A stretch of 64,000 bases of DNA from positions 22,737 through 86,736 of the forward strand of contig CAYUFX010000009.1 in assembly GCA_964444135.1 (NCBI GenBank). The letters run 5' to 3'. This document shows positions 46,653 through 56,293 of the stretch, one piece after another (position 1 is the stretch's first letter; each line of letters begins with the position of its first letter). The translations under genes and the position numbers were made by a program. Below the pieces are notes generated by a model. That model made no database searches. It was not told the DNA's origin and was given only the letters and a program-made list of their open reading frames with translations. This stretch comes from an uncultured Pirellulales bacterium. GTDB lineage: Bacteria; Planctomycetota; Phycisphaerae; Sedimentisphaerales; Anaerobacaceae.

Positions 46653-47969
46653 TTAATCCAGGCTTCGCAGTGATAATCCAAGGTTTGTGAGCGCTTTTTT
46701 GATTTCGTTCAGGCTTGTTACGCCGAAGTTTTTAACGCCCAGAAGCTCAGCTTCCGTTTTATGTGTCAATTCACCGATTGTGCGAAGATTGAGCTTTTGC
46801 AGGCACTTGCGGGCGCGCACCGACAATTGGAGGTCATCTACAGGTTTATTCCTGAGTCCTTCATCCTCATCTATGACGACAGCTTGGTCGGAGATTTCTA
46901 CTGAAGGCAGCAGCTCTAACTCCAGAGCCATCCCGAGAGTCAGTCCTTTCGGTTCGAGGATGGACTTGATTTCTCTAAGCGACGTTTCGCCAAAGTTTTT
47001 ATAAGATAACAGCTCCACCTCGGTGATATTCAGGAGATCGCCGAGTGTATTGATTTTCATTTTTTTCAGGCAGTTTCTGCTGCGCACCGAAAGCTCAAAA
47101 TCAGAGATTGGAGTTTCAAGTATCTGGCTTTTGCGTGTCTTTTTCTTTTCTTTTTCCTCGTCGTAGAACATTGTTTTTGAGCTTTCGATGTCTTTCTCGA
47201 ACAGGATTGCTCTTTGATGATTCGGATGAGTCTCCAGGACCGTATCGACACATTTCGCCGCCTTGTCATACTGGCTGTTGTCGTCATAGAGCACTGCTAA
47301 ATTCAGCAGGGCATTTACGTAAACCGGCGAGCTTGAAGCAATTTGCCTGTAGTAATCAATAGCCGCTTCTTCATCGCCGGACAAATCGCAGCGATAGGCC
47401 AGATGGAAAAGGGCCCTTTGATTATTCGGGGATAATTCCAGAGATGTCTTGTAATTGTCCGTTGCCTGTTCGTAAAGCCCCTGGACTTCCTGAAGGCGGC
47501 CAAGCTGATAATGGTATTCGGCGCTCACGTTTTCAAAATTTTGACAGGCCTTCAGTTCCTTCTCGGCGGCATCGAAATTTCCTGCGTCGCGATATGTGGC
47601 GGTCTTTTCCAGGGTTATGCTCAATGTGTCGGCCTCGTAATCGAGACTTTTTTGCAGGTTTTCGATTGCCTTCTCGAATTCGCGTATTCGGCGGTGAGCA
47701 AAAGCTAAGTATATGAATTTTTCTTTGCAGTCATTGGCTTTTTGCAGTTTCTCGACCGCTTCGGCGTTTCTGCCTAATATATAAAGGCCGATCCCGACTG
47801 CCAGACAGGCTTGTTGTCCGGTCTTGCTCATATTTGACTCTACTTGTTCACCGAATTTTAGCAGATTCGCCTCGCCCGAATGGACAAACGCAGACAGCCT
47901 TTTAATTTCGTCCATCGAGGGCAGTTCGTTGGCAAACAAGTCAATTCCCGGTTCCGTAATTGGTTCCAT
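46653..47969 (-). CDS. TPR-repeat protein with two C-terminal RNA polymerase alpha-subunit CTD-like (HhH) domains
   Basis: 438 aa with N-terminal TPRs. LSVRSRNCLKKMKINTLGDLLNITEVELLSYKNFGETSLREIK and LSVRARKCLQKLNLRTIGELTHKTEAELLGVKNFGVTSLNEIK both match the RpoA alpha-CTD signature. Confidence 0.7.
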   Translation of the reverse strand: MEPITEPGIDLFANELPSMDEIKRLSAFVHSGEANLLKFGEQVESNMSKTGQQACLAVGIGLYILGRNAEAVEKLQKANDCKEKFIYLAFAHRRIREFEKAIENLQKSLDYEADTLSITLEKTATYRDAGNFDAAEKELKACQNFENVSAEYHYQLGRLQEVQGLYEQATDNYKTSLELSPNNQRALFHLAYRCDLSGDEEAAIDYYRQIASSSPVYVNALLNLAVLYDDNSQYDKAAKCVDTVLETHPNHQRAILFEKDIESSKTMFYDEEKEKKKTRKSQILETPISDFELSVRSRNCLKKMKINTLGDLLNITEVELLSYKNFGETSLREIKSILEPKGLTLGMALELELLPSVEISDQAVVIDEDEGLRNKPVDDLQLSVRARKCLQKLNLRTIGELTHKTEAELLGVKNFGVTSLNEIKKALTNLGLSLRSLD

Positions 47970-48006
47970 TGAAACTTTCTCCCTTTTTCATATCGAATAA
48001 CTCTTC

Positions 48007-48165
48007 TGCAAAATCGAGGTTAGGCATACTTTGAAAAGAAAAAACTGTCTCTTAATTTTTTCTTTTCAAACAATAAATTATTGCTCGGCAAACAGCTATT
48101 TGATTTTTTAACAAAATCAAAAACCGGATTTTCTTAAATAATATATGCCTAACCTCAATTTTGCA
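48007..48165. mobile_element. MITE-like element, copy B (159 bp), inverted relative to copy A
   Basis: TGCAAAATCGAGGTTAGGCAT...ATGCCTAACCTCAATTTTGCA. Its reverse complement aligns along the whole length with 1456-1615. Confidence 0.7.
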
Positions 48166-48730
48166 TAACGCTATGTATCGCGTATATCGTATTGCGTGCT
48201 ACATCACGCACAACCAAGTGGGTATTATAATGTGACAACGAGGATTTGCAACAGTTTTTTTATCCGGCTTGGATTGGCCCCGAGGCCGGTAGCAGAGCCT
48301 GTCCCCGAATGTAGGGGCAACCCCGCGTGGTTGCCCTGATTCCCTTCTAAATTCGACATTGATCAGGTCAATGATACTGAGCCGAATAGTCCATGAAAAG
48401 GCGATGTTTGGAGCTTTAGTATGCCGCCTTGGGCGGATTTCGCCCGGAGCGAATCTTTGACTTCTATATTGATTATTACGGAGGACAGAGGAAAGAATAC
48501 GGAAGATGCAAGGAATATCGAATGCCGAACAAGTTACGAAAATAAATTAGGGGTGGTTTTTATATTTTGTGAAGTTTATTCTTGACGTGTAAAGACAAAT
48601 CGGTTTTATTAATGGGCACGGGTGGTGGAGACAAAATCTGTTGGTCTGTAACAGTCTATAAATAAAGGGTTTGTGTATTTTAAGGATGGTCGAAAGGAAA
48701 TATCTTAATTTTCTTGGAAAGGATTGAACG

Positions 48731-49507
48731 ATGCGAACTGTCAAACTTTCACTGATTTTTCTTTTGTGTGTTTTTGTTTTTCTGGCGACCGGCTGCAACT
48801 CGGAACTGCAGGACCTTCGAATCCAGAACGACACACAGCGAGAACAAATAGCAAAGCTTGAGAGCGAGCTGCAAGTCAGCGTGCTGCAACTTGAGAAGTT
48901 GAAACGACAACTTGCCTCAGCTCAGGAAAAGGGTGATATTGATATAGAGTCGCTGAAACAAGAAATAGCCGCCCTTGAGGAAGACTTAGCTAAAAAGCAA
49001 GAGCTGATTGCTTCGATGCAGGAAAAACTTCTTTTAGGCGGAGCGGCACTGCCGGTGGAACTAAGCACAATGCTGGAGGACTTTGCCAAAGGCTCCGATA
49101 TGGTAACGTACGATGCGAGCCGGGGGATAGTAAAGTTCAGGAGCGATTTACTTTTCGAAAAGGGCAGTGACACAGTGGCGTCTTCGGCGGTCGAGGCCGT
49201 TAAATCACTTTGTGGCATTTTAAATACAGAAACGGCCAAGCAATTCGACATTATAATCGCCGGGCACACCGACGATATTCCGATTCAAAAACCTGAGACG
49301 CGTGCAAAGCATCCGACCAACTGGCACCTGTCCGCGCACCGGGCGATATCCGTGCTGAACGTGATGACGAATAATAATATTAGTCCTGAGCGAGTGAGCG
49401 TCCGGGGTTTTGGTGAATATCGGCCGGTCGCGCCAAATAAGCCCAAAAAAGGAGGCAATCCGCAAAACAGACGAGTAGAAATTTATATTGTTGCTAAGGG
49501 ATTATAA
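48731..49507 (+). CDS. OmpA/MotB-family lipoprotein with N-terminal coiled coil
   Basis: 258 aa. Lipobox LATGC. IIAGHTDDIP...NWHLSAHRAISV...NRRVEIYIV is an OmpA-like peptidoglycan-binding domain. Confidence 0.8.
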   Translation: MRTVKLSLIFLLCVFVFLATGCNSELQDLRIQNDTQREQIAKLESELQVSVLQLEKLKRQLASAQEKGDIDIESLKQEIAALEEDLAKKQELIASMQEKLLLGGAALPVELSTMLEDFAKGSDMVTYDASRGIVKFRSDLLFEKGSDTVASSAVEAVKSLCGILNTETAKQFDIIIAGHTDDIPIQKPETRAKHPTNWHLSAHRAISVLNVMTNNNISPERVSVRGFGEYRPVAPNKPKKGGNPQNRRVEIYIVAKGL

Positions 49508-49529
49508 TTCCCAAGATTCGATTGCCCAT

Positions 49530-49557
49530 TGAAAATTGGAAATTGGAAATCGAAAAA
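49530..49557 (+). repeat. Heptanucleotide array TGAAAAT TGGAAAT TGGAAAT CGAAAAA
   Basis: Read directly from the sequence, between the OmpA-like gene stop and the ndk start. Confidence 0.7.
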
Positions 49558-49566
49558 TATTTTTAA

Positions 49567-50040
49567 ATGGCAGAACGCACATTAATTATCATCAAGCCGG
49601 ACGGTGTGCAGCGGCACCTGATTGGTGAGATAATCGGACGATTCGAAAAAAAAGGCCTTAAGCTTGTTGCTGCAAAATTTGTGCGGCTATCTGAAAAGCA
49701 GGTCGGTCAAGTCTATGCGGTTCATCGCGAAAAGCCATTTTATAAGCCGATGGTAAAGTTTCTGTCTTCAGCACCTGTGCTCTTAATGGTCTGGGAGGCT
49801 GAGGGCGTTATAGATATGACCCGCAAGATTATGGGGGCTACTTTCGGCTTATACGCCGAACCAGGTTCTATCAGAGGTGACTTTAGCTGTTCTGAAAGAT
49901 ACAATCTGATTCACGGCTCGGACAGCCCGGAATCCGCTCAGCAGGAAATTAAGCTGTTTTTCACGCCAAATGAAATAATCGATTACAAACTGTCAAATTC
50001 ACCCTGGCTTTACATCAAATCAGCCAGCCCCAAAAAATAA
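49567..50040 (+). CDS. ndk: Nucleoside-diphosphate kinase
   Basis: 157 aa. ERTLIIIKPDGVQRHLIGEIIGRFEKKGLKLVA and NLIHGSDS (active-site His). Confidence 0.9.
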   Translation: MAERTLIIIKPDGVQRHLIGEIIGRFEKKGLKLVAAKFVRLSEKQVGQVYAVHREKPFYKPMVKFLSSAPVLLMVWEAEGVIDMTRKIMGATFGLYAEPGSIRGDFSCSERYNLIHGSDSPESAQQEIKLFFTPNEIIDYKLSNSPWLYIKSASPKK

Positions 50041-50247
50041 CACATTTCTGTTTCGGTGGGAATTTCCGGTACGAGGTGGGAACCGGACTAAACACAATTT
50101 CCGGATAGCTTATTAAAGCTGTAAAATAAAGAGATAAAATCAAAGAATTCTTAGATAATCCTTGATTCAACCGCGCACTATCATTACAATTCTTGCTTTA
50201 TTCTCAAATATGATAAACAATAAGCCTTAACCGAAAGGAGGGCAACG

Positions 50248-52176
50248 ATGCAAAAAACCACGTCAAAAATGCCAATACTAACAGGTTCAATTATACTTTT
50301 TGTTTTATCCTCCTTTGTCTTAATGCCTCAATCGGTCAGCCAGGCCGGGCCTCTGGCGAAAATCACTGTCGAGGCAGGAGATTACACACGATTCTTTACG
50401 CCGGTGTCACTCGATTTGAGCGGCGTACCGGGGTTGGGCTTTGCGAACGATAGGTTTGAACTGGTGGAGATCCAAGGTTCGCGCCGGATCGTGACTCGAG
50501 TGCAGCTCGAACCGGGCTCGCCACCGAAATTGTGGTGGATACTCTCGGGTAAGACAGAGGCGGGAAGCAAGCGCATCTACGAGCTTGAACGCTACAATCT
50601 TCTTCGCGCTGCCGTAATGTACGGTGATGCGGCCGACATCGAGGCGATAAAGAACGATTCAGTGCTGGAGATTCGAAGGGGGGATGATGTCAAGATTCTG
50701 AACTATAACCATGCTATTGTTCCGCCGCCACCAATAGAGGATATGGGAGAAAAGTATAAACAAACCCGCGACCTGTACTACCGCAGCGGCTTTATTCATC
50801 CGTTATGGTCGCCGACGGGGTCGGTGCTGACAAATATTCATCCGAAAGACCATTACCATCATGTTGGAATCTGGATGCCCTGGACCAAGACAAAATTCGA
50901 AGGCAAGGATGTCGATTTCTGGAATCTTGGGGCAGGCCAGGGAACGGTTCGATTCAAGAGATTTCTTTCGACAACAAGCGGGCCTGTCTATGGTGGATTT
51001 CAGGCTGAGCACGAGCACGTTGCGTTGCAGACGGCCAGTGGAGAAAAGGTAGTGCTCAAGGAAGTTTGGGACGTGCGCGTCTATAATGTAGGCGGTCTGA
51101 ATGCAGACGGTCCGGGCACCGGCTACTGGCTGTGGGATATCGTCTCGTCTCAGCGATGCGTAGCCGACAGCCCACTGTTGCTCGAGAAGTATCGCTACGG
51201 CGGATTCGGCTATCGAGGTGCGGCGGAATGGGCCGGTGAGAAGGCAGCGTATTTGACCAGTCAGGGCAGGACTCGTAAGGATGGACATGCGACGCGGGCG
51301 CGTTGGTGTGATACTGCCGGCGTTTCTGATGGGCAGTGGAAGGGTGTAACCCACTTTAGCCATCCGGATAACTTCAGACATCCGGAGCCGATGAGAATAT
51401 GGCCTGAGTTTGAGCAGGAGGTGTTTTTCAACTGGGCGCCGGTACAATTGGATGACTTTGAGCTGAAGCCCGGCAAGGACCATATCTATCGCTATCGTTT
51501 GTACGTGCATGAAGGAAAAGTCGATGTTGAGAACACCGAAAGGCTCTGGAATGACTATGCCCACCCGCCGAAGGTCGAGATTGAGACTGTTGAGTCAAGC
51601 GATGCGATTATGCTGTTCGGCGGTACGGACTTTGCGCATTGGACTACCGGGACCGACAAGGAAATTGGATGGAGGCTTATTGATGGAACAATGGAGAGTG
51701 TGCCTAATAGCGGCAGTATAATGACGAAGCGGGACTTCCGCGATTTCAAGCTGCACGTTGAGTTCAAGACCCCGCAAATGCCGCCAAACGTAAAGGGCCA
51801 GGGCCGAGGAAATAGCGGCATATATCTACAGCGCCGGTATGAGGTACAAATCCTCGATTCGTACGGTCTGGAGCCGAAGAACAATGAATGCGGGTCAATA
51901 TATACATTCAAAGCGCCGGATAAGAACGTCTGCAGGATGCCGGGCAGATGGCAGAGTTACGATATTATTTTCCATGCTGCGAGGTTCGACGGAAACAGGA
52001 AAACCCAAAACGCCCGTATCACCGTATGGCATAACGGTGTTTTGATTCATAACGATATCGAGCTGCAGAATAAAACCGGCGCGGGACGACCTGAAGGACC
52101 CGAACCAGGCCCCATTCTGCTACAGGAGCACGGTAACGAGGTGTCGTTCCGCAATATCTGGATAGTCCCCATGTAG
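50248..52176 (+). CDS. Secreted fusion protein: PmoA-like DUF6807 domain + C-terminal DUF1080 (3-keto-disaccharide hydrolase family) domain
   Basis: 642 aa with a signal peptide. FIHPLWSPTG...HPKDHYHHVGIWMPWTKTKFEGKDVDFWNLG is DUF6807-like. The C-terminal DFKLHVEFKTP...GNSGIYLQRRYEVQILDSYG...NECGSIY is DUF1080 and is paralogous to 60827-61933. Confidence 0.65.
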   Translation: MQKTTSKMPILTGSIILFVLSSFVLMPQSVSQAGPLAKITVEAGDYTRFFTPVSLDLSGVPGLGFANDRFELVEIQGSRRIVTRVQLEPGSPPKLWWILSGKTEAGSKRIYELERYNLLRAAVMYGDAADIEAIKNDSVLEIRRGDDVKILNYNHAIVPPPPIEDMGEKYKQTRDLYYRSGFIHPLWSPTGSVLTNIHPKDHYHHVGIWMPWTKTKFEGKDVDFWNLGAGQGTVRFKRFLSTTSGPVYGGFQAEHEHVALQTASGEKVVLKEVWDVRVYNVGGLNADGPGTGYWLWDIVSSQRCVADSPLLLEKYRYGGFGYRGAAEWAGEKAAYLTSQGRTRKDGHATRARWCDTAGVSDGQWKGVTHFSHPDNFRHPEPMRIWPEFEQEVFFNWAPVQLDDFELKPGKDHIYRYRLYVHEGKVDVENTERLWNDYAHPPKVEIETVESSDAIMLFGGTDFAHWTTGTDKEIGWRLIDGTMESVPNSGSIMTKRDFRDFKLHVEFKTPQMPPNVKGQGRGNSGIYLQRRYEVQILDSYGLEPKNNECGSIYTFKAPDKNVCRMPGRWQSYDIIFHAARFDGNRKTQNARITVWHNGVLIHNDIELQNKTGAGRPEGPEPGPILLQEHGNEVSFRNIWIVPM

Positions 52177-52485
52177 GGCGAAAAGTAATGGACGTGATTT
52201 TGAATCTGGTAAGAACAACAGGTTCAGGTACGAAAAGCAGTAGAAAATTTGAATTGCGTATCAACTTCTGCCGGTTATAATGTAAAAACGATTTCGACTC
52301 CTCGGCAAGGGCAGATGGCCTTTGTTGAGAGTAAGTTCTTTTAATTAAAACGGTTATATTGGATTCGCAATCTAACCGGAGGAAATTGCAACATAATAAT
52401 ATAATGCGCGAAGTCATTATTTTCTGATAGTTAAGGACTCATTTTACGGAAAGCTTCTGACAATTTTTGATAAGGAGAAAGACAA

Positions 52486-53487
52486 ATGGCAAGACCTGTA
52501 ACACTTTTCACCGGCCAGTGGGCGGACTTACCACTGGAAAAATTGGCCAAGAAGGCGGCGAGCTGGGGTTATGATGGTTTGGAATTGGCTTGCTGGGGCG
52601 ACCACTTCGAGGTTGACAAGGCCCTGAGCGACCGCAGCTATTGTAAGGCCAAGCGTGCCCTTCTGAAGAAGTACGGCCTAAAAGTGTACGCGATATCGAC
52701 ACACTTAGTTGGACAGGCCGTGTGCGATAATATTGACGAGCGTCACAAGGCAATTCTGCCCCCGGACGTCTGGGGTGACGGTGAACCTGAAGGCGTCCAC
52801 AAGCGTGCGGCCCAGAAGGTAATCGATGCTGCCAAGGCCGCGAAGAGACTGGGTGTAGATGTCGTTAATGGATTTACGGGAAGCTCCATCTGGCACATGG
52901 TTTATTCGTTCCCGCCGAACCCGCCAGATGCAATCGAGGCAGGTTACAAGGACTTCGCGAAGCGCTTCCGGCGCATCCTCGACGCCTTCAAGGCAGAGGG
53001 TGTGAAGTTTGCTCTGGAAGTACACCCGACGGAGATTGCGTTCGATATTGCCTCGGCCGAGCGTGCCATTAAAGCCATAAGAGGCCACAAGTCTTTCGGC
53101 TTCAACTACGACCCAAGCCATCTCGCCTACCAGGGCGTGGATTACGTTAAGTTCATCCGTACTTTTGGCGACCGTATCTTCCACGCTCACATGAAGGACG
53201 TCTGGTGGGGTCACGGGGACGGAACGGTTGGTGTCTTCGGCGGTCATACCGAGTTTGCCGACCCCCGCCGCTACTGGGACTTCCGCTCGATTGGTCATGG
53301 GGATATCAATTTCGAGGAAATCATCGTTGCGCTGAACGATGTCGGCTACCAGGGGCCGCTTTCAGTCGAATGGGAAGACAGCCGAATGGACCGTGAACAC
53401 GGCGCAGCAGAGGCCTGCGAGTTCTTCAAGAAGGCGGACTTCAAGCCTTCGCAGGTCGCCTTCGATGCGGCGTTCGAGAAGAAATAG
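52486..53487 (+). CDS. Sugar phosphate isomerase/epimerase (xylose-isomerase-like TIM barrel), cytoplasmic
   Basis: 333 aa. [15 protein letters not shown] and [12 protein letters not shown] motifs. No signal peptide. Confidence 0.8.
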   Translation: MARPVTLFTGQWADLPLEKLAKKAASWGYDGLELACWGDHFEVDKALSDRSYCKAKRALLKKYGLKVYAISTHLVGQAVCDNIDERHKAILPPDVWGDGEPEGVHKRAAQKVIDAAKAAKRLGVDVVNGFTGSSIWHMVYSFPPNPPDAIEAGYKDFAKRFRRILDAFKAEGVKFALEVHPTEIAFDIASAERAIKAIRGHKSFGFNYDPSHLAYQGVDYVKFIRTFGDRIFHAHMKDVWWGHGDGTVGVFGGHTEFADPRRYWDFRSIGHGDINFEEIIVALNDVGYQGPLSVEWEDSRMDREHGAAEACEFFKKADFKPSQVAFDAAFEKK

Positions 53488-53507
53488 CAATTACAGAAAG
53501 GTTTATT

Positions 53508-54848
53508 ATGACTGACAGACCCCGCAAGGCGGGAACCCACAGAAACGGATTGAGCCGGCGTCAGTTCTTAAAGAGAGCAGCTGGCACATCTGTGGGGGCA
53601 GTGGGATTTCCATACATTGTTTCTTCGTCAGTTTTCGGTAAGGCCGACAGTATAGCGCCGAGCGAACGAATTACTATGGGTTGTATTGGTGTTGGCTGGC
53701 AGGGCGGCAGCAATATGAACTCATTTCTTCGCGAAAAAGACTGTCAAATCGTCGCCGTCTGTGACGTTGACAAAAACCACCTGCAGAGCGCGGCCAATCG
53801 TGTTAATGAGAAATACAAAAACAAAGACTGCGCTGCGTACGCGGATTATCGTGAGCTGTTAGCGCGCGATGATATCGACTCAGTATCGCTTGGTCTGCCC
53901 GACCATTGGCATGCGATTCCAGCTACAGAAGCTGCGAGGTCGGGCAAGGACATATTCGGTGAAAAGCCCCTGTCGCATAATCTAAGGGAAGGCCGAGCTA
54001 TGTGCGATGCGGTCGAGCGTTACGGCCGGATATGGCAGACCGGAAGCTGGCAGCGTTCGGAGGCCAATTTCCGCTTTGCCTGCGAACTGGTCCGTAATGG
54101 CCGCATCGGCAGAGTGCATACGGTCGAAGTAGGGCTGCCTTCGGGACATACCGACTTCGGTGAGACCAAGGGGCAGGAAGGGATTTGTCCGCCGCCCATA
54201 GAGCTCGACTATAACTTCTGGCTCGGGCCTGCGCTATACGAGCCTTACTGTCCGGCGCGTGTGCACAAGAACTGGCGGTGGGTCCTCGACCACGGAGGCG
54301 GACAGTTGATGGACTGGGTCGGTCACCACGTCGATATCGCCCACTGGGGTCTGGGCATGGATTACGGCGGCCCGTACGAGATAGAAGGCTCCGGGGAATA
54401 TCCGAAAGACGGATTATGGAACAGCCCGACAAAGTATCGGCTGACGGCGAAATACCCCGACGAGGTTACGATGACTATCGCCGGCGGGTACGACGACATT
54501 CGCGGCGGGACAAAGTGGATAGGCAAAGATGGGTGGGTCTGGGTTACTCGCGGCGATATAGATGCACAGCCCAAGAAGCTGCTCGAAGAGAAGTTCGGAC
54601 CGGATGAGATACACTTGTTTCGTTCGCCCGGACATTGGCGCAACTTCCTCGACTGTGTGAAGAGCCGTGAGACCACGCTAACGCCTTGTGAGGTTGCACA
54701 TCGCTCAGCGACGCCGGGCCACTTAGGGCAGATTGCTATGCGGCTGGGGCGCAAGATACGCTTTAACCCCAAGACCGAAGATATACTCGATGACCCGACC
54801 GCAACGAGCTTGCTCGGAGCAGCAATGCGCAGCCCGTGGCACCTGTGA
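53508..54848 (+). CDS. Gfo/Idh/MocA-family oxidoreductase with Tat signal
   Basis: 446 aa. SRRQFLKRAAG twin-arginine motif, GCIGVGWQG Rossmann start, EKPL motif, C-terminal MRSPWHL. Confidence 0.85.
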   Translation: MTDRPRKAGTHRNGLSRRQFLKRAAGTSVGAVGFPYIVSSSVFGKADSIAPSERITMGCIGVGWQGGSNMNSFLREKDCQIVAVCDVDKNHLQSAANRVNEKYKNKDCAAYADYRELLARDDIDSVSLGLPDHWHAIPATEAARSGKDIFGEKPLSHNLREGRAMCDAVERYGRIWQTGSWQRSEANFRFACELVRNGRIGRVHTVEVGLPSGHTDFGETKGQEGICPPPIELDYNFWLGPALYEPYCPARVHKNWRWVLDHGGGQLMDWVGHHVDIAHWGLGMDYGGPYEIEGSGEYPKDGLWNSPTKYRLTAKYPDEVTMTIAGGYDDIRGGTKWIGKDGWVWVTRGDIDAQPKKLLEEKFGPDEIHLFRSPGHWRNFLDCVKSRETTLTPCEVAHRSATPGHLGQIAMRLGRKIRFNPKTEDILDDPTATSLLGAAMRSPWHL

Positions 54849-54850
54849 AA

Positions 54851-54885
54851 TTGAATATTGACTATTGGAAATTGATTATCATTTG
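54851..54885 (+). repeat. Heptanucleotide array ATTGAAT ATTGACT ATTGGAA ATTGATT ATCATTT
   Basis: It starts 3 nt after the stop codon of 53508-54848. Confidence 0.85.
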
Positions 54886-54911
54886 TTAATTATGAGATAA
54901 GGATTTTTCGT

Positions 54912-56204
54912 ATGAAGGAAAGAGGGATTGACCGGCGACAATTTATCAAAAATACAATCGGTACTGCAGCGGTTATAAGTTTTCCACATATTGTTCCGGC
55001 GTCTGCTTTAGGCCAAGCCGATGATGTTTCGCCGAGTGAACGGATTACGTTGGGCTTTATCGGCGCAGGCAAGCAGAGTAAGCACCTGATGAGCTCCTTT
55101 CTAAACTCGCCCGGCACGCACGTACTGGCCGCCTGCGATGTTGATAAGCTCAAGCTGGCGCGTGGGCAGAAAATTGTCGAAGACCACTATGCCGAAAAGA
55201 GCGGCGGTACGTATAAAGGCTGCGATGTATACGGTGATTTTCGCGAGCTGCTTGCCAGAGATGATATCGATGCAGTGGTGATTTCCACGCCCGACCATTG
55301 GCACGCCATCATGGTTATCCAGTCTGCAATGGCCGGAAAGGATATTTACTGTGAGAAGCCGCTTTCGCAAACCATCAAAGAAGCCCGGTCTATGGTCGAT
55401 GCGGTCAGGCGTTACGAACGGGTCTTCCAGACCGGCAGTATGCAGCGTTCGGACTGGCACTTCCGCTTAGGGTGCGAGCTGGTCCTCAACGGTTATATAG
55501 GCCAGTTACAACATGTAACCGTTGGTGTTGGCGGTCCGCCCCAAGATAGACCCTTGCCGGCAGAGCCGGTACCGGATTATCTGGATTGGGATATGTGGCT
55601 GGGCCCGGTGTTGTGGAGGCCTTATAACTCGGAGCTGTCGCCGCATTTAAGCTGGGACGGCTTTCCTAACTGGCGCAACCACAGCAGCTTTGGCGGGGGG
55701 GGGATGACCGACTGGGGCGCACATCACTTCGATATCGCCCAGTGGGGTATGGATATGGACGAGAGCGGTCCGGTTGAAATCATCCCTCCCGACAGTGAGG
55801 ATTACAAGGTGCTTACCTATAAATATGCCAGCGGTGTTACCATGACCCGCGATAAGGCCAACGGCGTCTTGTTCACCGGCACTGAAGGCGAGGTCGAGGT
55901 CAATCGTGGACATATCCGCACCCAGCCTGAGAATTTGAAGGACCAGCAAATCGGCCCCAATGAAATACACCTTTACGAAAGCAGAAATCATTATGTTGAC
56001 TGGCTGGACGCCATCCGCAAACGCAGCAGACCGATTTGCGATATAGAGACCGGCTGCCGTTCGGTAAGTGTTTGTCATTTAGGCAATATAGCTTACAAAC
56101 TTGGCCGGCCACTCAAATGGGACCCTGAACAGGAAGTCCTTATTGGAGATGCCGGAGCCAGCAGGTTGCTTTCGCGGCCGATGCGCAGCCCATGGCACCT
56201 TTAG
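54912..56204 (+). CDS. Gfo/Idh/MocA-family oxidoreductase with Tat signal
   Basis: 430 aa. DRRQFIKNTIG, GFIGAGKQ, CEKPL, C-terminal MRSPWHL. Confidence 0.85.
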   Translation: MKERGIDRRQFIKNTIGTAAVISFPHIVPASALGQADDVSPSERITLGFIGAGKQSKHLMSSFLNSPGTHVLAACDVDKLKLARGQKIVEDHYAEKSGGTYKGCDVYGDFRELLARDDIDAVVISTPDHWHAIMVIQSAMAGKDIYCEKPLSQTIKEARSMVDAVRRYERVFQTGSMQRSDWHFRLGCELVLNGYIGQLQHVTVGVGGPPQDRPLPAEPVPDYLDWDMWLGPVLWRPYNSELSPHLSWDGFPNWRNHSSFGGGGMTDWGAHHFDIAQWGMDMDESGPVEIIPPDSEDYKVLTYKYASGVTMTRDKANGVLFTGTEGEVEVNRGHIRTQPENLKDQQIGPNEIHLYESRNHYVDWLDAIRKRSRPICDIETGCRSVSVCHLGNIAYKLGRPLKWDPEQEVLIGDAGASRLLSRPMRSPWHL

Positions 56205-56205
56205 A

Positions 56206-56240
56206 ATTGACTATTGATTATTGACTATTGGTTATTTTTT
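56206..56240 (+). repeat. Heptanucleotide array ATTGACT ATTGATT ATTGACT ATTGGTT ATTTTTT
   Basis: It starts 2 nt after the stop codon of 54912-56204. Confidence 0.85.
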
Positions 56241-56293
56241 ACGAAGAGAATTCTTAATACGAATTATGTGATGCGAATCATGGAGCTTCTGTT

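Noticed and set aside
50803-51564. 253-aa minus-strand ORF
   Set aside because: It is antisense to the DUF6807-DUF1080 gene, which has clear family motifs.
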